Source of the DNA: an uncultured Acidobacteriota bacterium
GTDB taxonomy: Bacteria; Acidobacteriota; Terriglobia; UBA7540
Direction of reading: 5' to 3'
Assembly (NCBI GenBank): GCA_963804995.1
Contig: CAWDSK010000002.1
Location: 576,001 to 640,000 of the forward strand
Length of the DNA: 64,000 nucleotides
How positions within the stretch are numbered: the first letter of the stretch is position 1; each line of letters begins with the position of its first letter. The notes beneath the pieces are model-generated. The model searched no databases. It had not been told where the DNA came from and was given only the letters and a program-made list of their open reading frames with translations. Both the position numbers and the translations under genes were made by a program. Shown in pieces: positions 61,078-64,000 of this stretch.

Positions 61078-61523
61078 TCCTCGGTCCTGCCCTGCCGGTT
61101 GCGTTCGTTTTCGAGGTAGTCCAGATAACTTTGCAACAGCAAGACCGCCGCCACGCGGTCGACGGCGCGCTGGCGCTTGCCGAGGCTCATTCCGGATTCC
61201 CGCAACGCCCGGTTCGCCTCGACGCTGGTCAGGCGCTCGTCCCGCAATTCCACCTTGCACGGAAGATGCCGTCGAAGCTTTTCCGCAAATTCCGCGGCCC
61301 GTTGCGACATGTCTGTCGCGCCGCCTCCGTGGCCGATGGGGTTTCCCACCAGAACCTGCTCAACGGAGTATTCCTCCACAAGGGCACGCAGTCGCTCCAG
61401 ATCATGGGCCAAGCGCGTCCGCTCGAGCGTGGGCAAACCCTGCGCCGTGATGCCCAGGGCGTCAGACACAGCCAAGCCCATACGCCGGGTGCCAAAATCA
61501 ATCGCTAAGATGCGCGAACTCAT
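61074..61523 (-). CDS. ruvX: Holliday junction resolvase-like / pre-16S rRNA nuclease YqgF
   Basis: ILAIDFGTRRMGLAVSD, DERLTS, DRVAAVLLLQSYLD. Confidence 0.95.
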   Translation of the reverse strand: MSSRILAIDFGTRRMGLAVSDALGITAQGLPTLERTRLAHDLERLRALVEEYSVEQVLVGNPIGHGGGATDMSQRAAEFAEKLRRHLPCKVELRDERLTSVEANRALRESGMSLGKRQRAVDRVAAVLLLQSYLDYLENERNRQGRTEE

Positions 61524-61662
61524 AAGCATATTCCGGTGGCCCGAGAAGCTGTCAGCCTTTCCAGCAGCGGCCTGAATACGCCATCTTCGCCGCTGCATCC
61601 TGAGTTCGATGATACACCCATCCAGCAGAATCGCGAGCGCAGACGGCAATCGTTGCGACGGC

Positions 61663-61815
61663 GGATGGTGGATCAATTGGATGTAGAGGCGGCGGAATTT
61701 ATGCCGATCTTATCGGGACGCCGCCATTTGGCGAGGTAATGGCGAGGTAAACTCGCCCCTACGTTTCGAGGTGGCGGGGTAAACTCGCCGCTACGACATC
61801 AAATTAACCCACCCC
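61663..61815. repeat. Degenerate MITE/REP cluster
   Basis: Repeated ggcgaggtaaactcgcc units inside decayed TIRs; flanks gcgacggc/ccgacggc. Confidence 0.55.
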
Positions 61816-61962
61816 CCGACGGCGCCCCTCCTGGGATTCGCGCGTGGGGCGTGATACACAATTGTCGAAGCTTGCTTGAGTTCAGGGATAATCGTATAAC
61901 CAAGGAAACCGCTCGGGAGACGGGCATCAGCATACTGTGCGTGGACGGGACGGACGACAAAC

Positions 61963-63567
61963 ATGGCAGCTATAGAGAGCAAACAATCCGCACCGGTGGA
62001 GAGTTCCGAAGGCCATTCCGGTAATTTCCCCCGTCTTTGGCGGCGGACCATCCGTAATGAAATCGTGGGCAGCGCCATTTCAGTTTTGCCCGCCTGGTTC
62101 TTCTATAACGCGGCGTTCTCTTACACGGCGATACAGTTCAAAGCCCTGATGAAGCTTGCGCCCCTTCCGGTGATAGCTTTTCTGGCTGTGGATTTGAGTT
62201 TGAACTGGTGGTACCTCACGCCCTTTCGACGTCTGTCGAAGGATTCGCCAACTGCGGTGGAACTGAGCCGCGTCTACACGCGTCTGCACAATCTTCCGGT
62301 CTTCAGTTTTTTTCGCGTCTTCGGGCCACACGCGTTGACCGCCTGTGTCGCGGCTCAGTTCGGGGTCTTTTACGCCAACGCGCACTGGGACCTGGGAATG
62401 CCCCGCAGTGATTACTGGATCTACTGGTTGCTCAACCTCACGCTGGTTCCTGTCGGCCACGCTATTTATGAATATCATGCCAACGGCTGGGCCGCCCGCG
62501 AGGAGCTGGCTGAGCTCGCCGCAAAGTACCGGCTTCCCACCGAATCCCGCGACGTGTGGCGCGTAGGCCTGGCGGTGCGGCTTGCCATTTTTTACACTCT
62601 CCTGGCGCTCTCTCCGCTGGCGCTGCTTGCGGCCGCGTCGCAACTTCATCCCCTGCGTGCCACAACCGCGGGAATGGGTTCGGATGTGGTCAAGATTGTC
62701 GGCGGCGTGGTTGTTCTCAACCTGGTATTGCTGATTCTGTTTGCCTCCGACGTGAACCAGCAAACGCGCGTGCTGCTGACAGGCCTCGAAAAGGTGGAGC
62801 AGGGAGATTTTACCGGCCGGGTCGATATTTACACCCCCGACGAGTTCGGCACCATTACCGAGGGAATCAACAAGATGATCCACGGCCTAGCGGAGCGGCA
62901 GCGGATTCGCGACCTGTTTGGGGTTTATCTGAGCCCGGGAATCTCCCGGGCGATTCTGGAAGGGCGCGTGGCGCTGGAGGGTGAGGGGCGCCATGTTTCT
63001 ATCCTCTTTTGTGACATCCGTGATTTCACCCGCTTCAGCGCCGCGCGCGGCCCCCGCGAGGTCGTGGGCCGGCTCAACCGATTCTTCACGTGCATGGCGG
63101 GGGCCATCAGCGCCCAGGGTGGAACCATCAACAAGTTTCTGGGGGACGGCTTTCTGGCCGTCTTCGGTGCACCGGCCGATCAGCCGGACCACGCCCGGCG
63201 GGCCGTCGAAGCCGCCCTCGAAATGGAGCGCGAACTCGCGACACTCAACGCCGAACTGGCAGGGTTGAACGAACCGCCCCTGGAAATCGGGATTGGCATC
63301 GACAGCGGTGAGGTGATTGCCGGCAACGTGGGGTCCCGAGATCGCCTGGAATACACCGTCATCGGAGACCCGGTGAACCGCTCCTCGCGCATCGAGCAAC
63401 TCAACAAATCGCTTGAAACGCGCATCCTGATTTCGGAACGAACGCACCGCGAATCTCAGATGGAAGGCGGCCGGGCGCTTCCCCTCGTCAATGTGAAAGG
63501 GATTGATGAACCGTTGCAGGTCTACACGGTGGGTCTCAGGGCGCAGGGCAACCGCAAATCAGCTTGA
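61963..63567 (+). CDS. Membrane-anchored class III adenylate cyclase with HAMP domain
   Basis: TM helices; DEFG..TEGINKM (HAMP); ILFCDIRDFT, KFLGDG, YTVIGDPVNRSSRIE. Confidence 0.9.
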   Translation: MAAIESKQSAPVESSEGHSGNFPRLWRRTIRNEIVGSAISVLPAWFFYNAAFSYTAIQFKALMKLAPLPVIAFLAVDLSLNWWYLTPFRRLSKDSPTAVELSRVYTRLHNLPVFSFFRVFGPHALTACVAAQFGVFYANAHWDLGMPRSDYWIYWLLNLTLVPVGHAIYEYHANGWAAREELAELAAKYRLPTESRDVWRVGLAVRLAIFYTLLALSPLALLAAASQLHPLRATTAGMGSDVVKIVGGVVVLNLVLLILFASDVNQQTRVLLTGLEKVEQGDFTGRVDIYTPDEFGTITEGINKMIHGLAERQRIRDLFGVYLSPGISRAILEGRVALEGEGRHVSILFCDIRDFTRFSAARGPREVVGRLNRFFTCMAGAISAQGGTINKFLGDGFLAVFGAPADQPDHARRAVEAALEMERELATLNAELAGLNEPPLEIGIGIDSGEVIAGNVGSRDRLEYTVIGDPVNRSSRIEQLNKSLETRILISERTHRESQMEGGRALPLVNVKGIDEPLQVYTVGLRAQGNRKSA

Positions 63568-64000
63568 AACTCCAGCCGTTTCGGTCGTGGGATCTTCAAG
63601 CTGCCGGGTGGGACGGTCGGCCAGGTCCAGCGTTACGGCCTTCTCGTTGCAGCAGGAATAGCGTTCGCAGCGCAGGCAATCACGCCAGACCTTGGTGGGG
63701 AATCTTTCTCTGGGCACTTCACGAAATCCCAACTTTTCAAAAAACGTGGGAGCGACCGTCAAGGCGAAGACGGTCTTCAAGCCGAAGCCCTCGGCCTCAT
63801 CGAGGAGCTGCTCGGCAATCTCCCGGCCTATGCCCTTTGAGTGCAATTCCGCGTCAACGCACAAGGAGCGGATTTCTGCAATCTCCTGGCTATAGAGCTT
63901 AAGGGCGCCGCTGCCCACCAATTTGCCATCCTCTTCGGCTACGGTAAACTCCCACACGTTCTCGTAAAGGTCCGTAAGCGTGCGGGGCAGCATGATGCGC
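63559..64000 (-). CDS. GNAT N-acetyltransferase (short ArgA-like); 5' end outside window
   Basis: MLPRT..LYE, AEIRSLCV, GIGR, VFALT...FFEKLGF, KVWRDC.RC...CNE. Confidence 0.85.
   Translation of the reverse strand, partial: RIMLPRTLTDLYENVWEFTVAEEDGKLVGSGALKLYSQEIAEIRSLCVDAELHSKGIGREIAEQLLDEAEGFGLKTVFALTVAPTFFEKLGFREVPRERFPTKVWRDCLRCERYSCCNEKAVTLDLADRPTRQLEDPTTETAGVSS

Overview
A GC-rich bacterial chromosomal segment, probably Acidobacteriota (inferred from gene content, not a database match). The right half is mostly housekeeping: trpS-scpA-scpB-rluB, mnmG, purD, purE, pyrF-pyrE, ruvX-mltG. The left half carries accessory carbohydrate, esterase and redox genes, a sat/siroheme remnant, three tRNAs, two toxin-antitoxin pairs and an IS5-family element. 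Intergenic DNA is dense with REP/REPIN-like palindromes and MITEs. Highlights: (1) a complete group II intron (4383-6295) inserted precisely in a GTAG-type REPIN, with a predicted EBS1 loop complementary to the conserved REP arm, heading an array of REPIN variants joined by identical 62-bp linkers; (2) one ORF fusing a decaheme MtrA/DmsE-type cytochrome to an MtrB/PioB-type beta-barrel, behind a sigma54-like promoter; (3) an AhpD-like CxxU selenoprotein that the ORF track splits in two; (4) REP-derived in-frame insertions in mnmG; (5) several nested selfish elements. About eight single frameshifts in otherwise intact genes look like assembly indels. All family calls come from motif recognition by eye.
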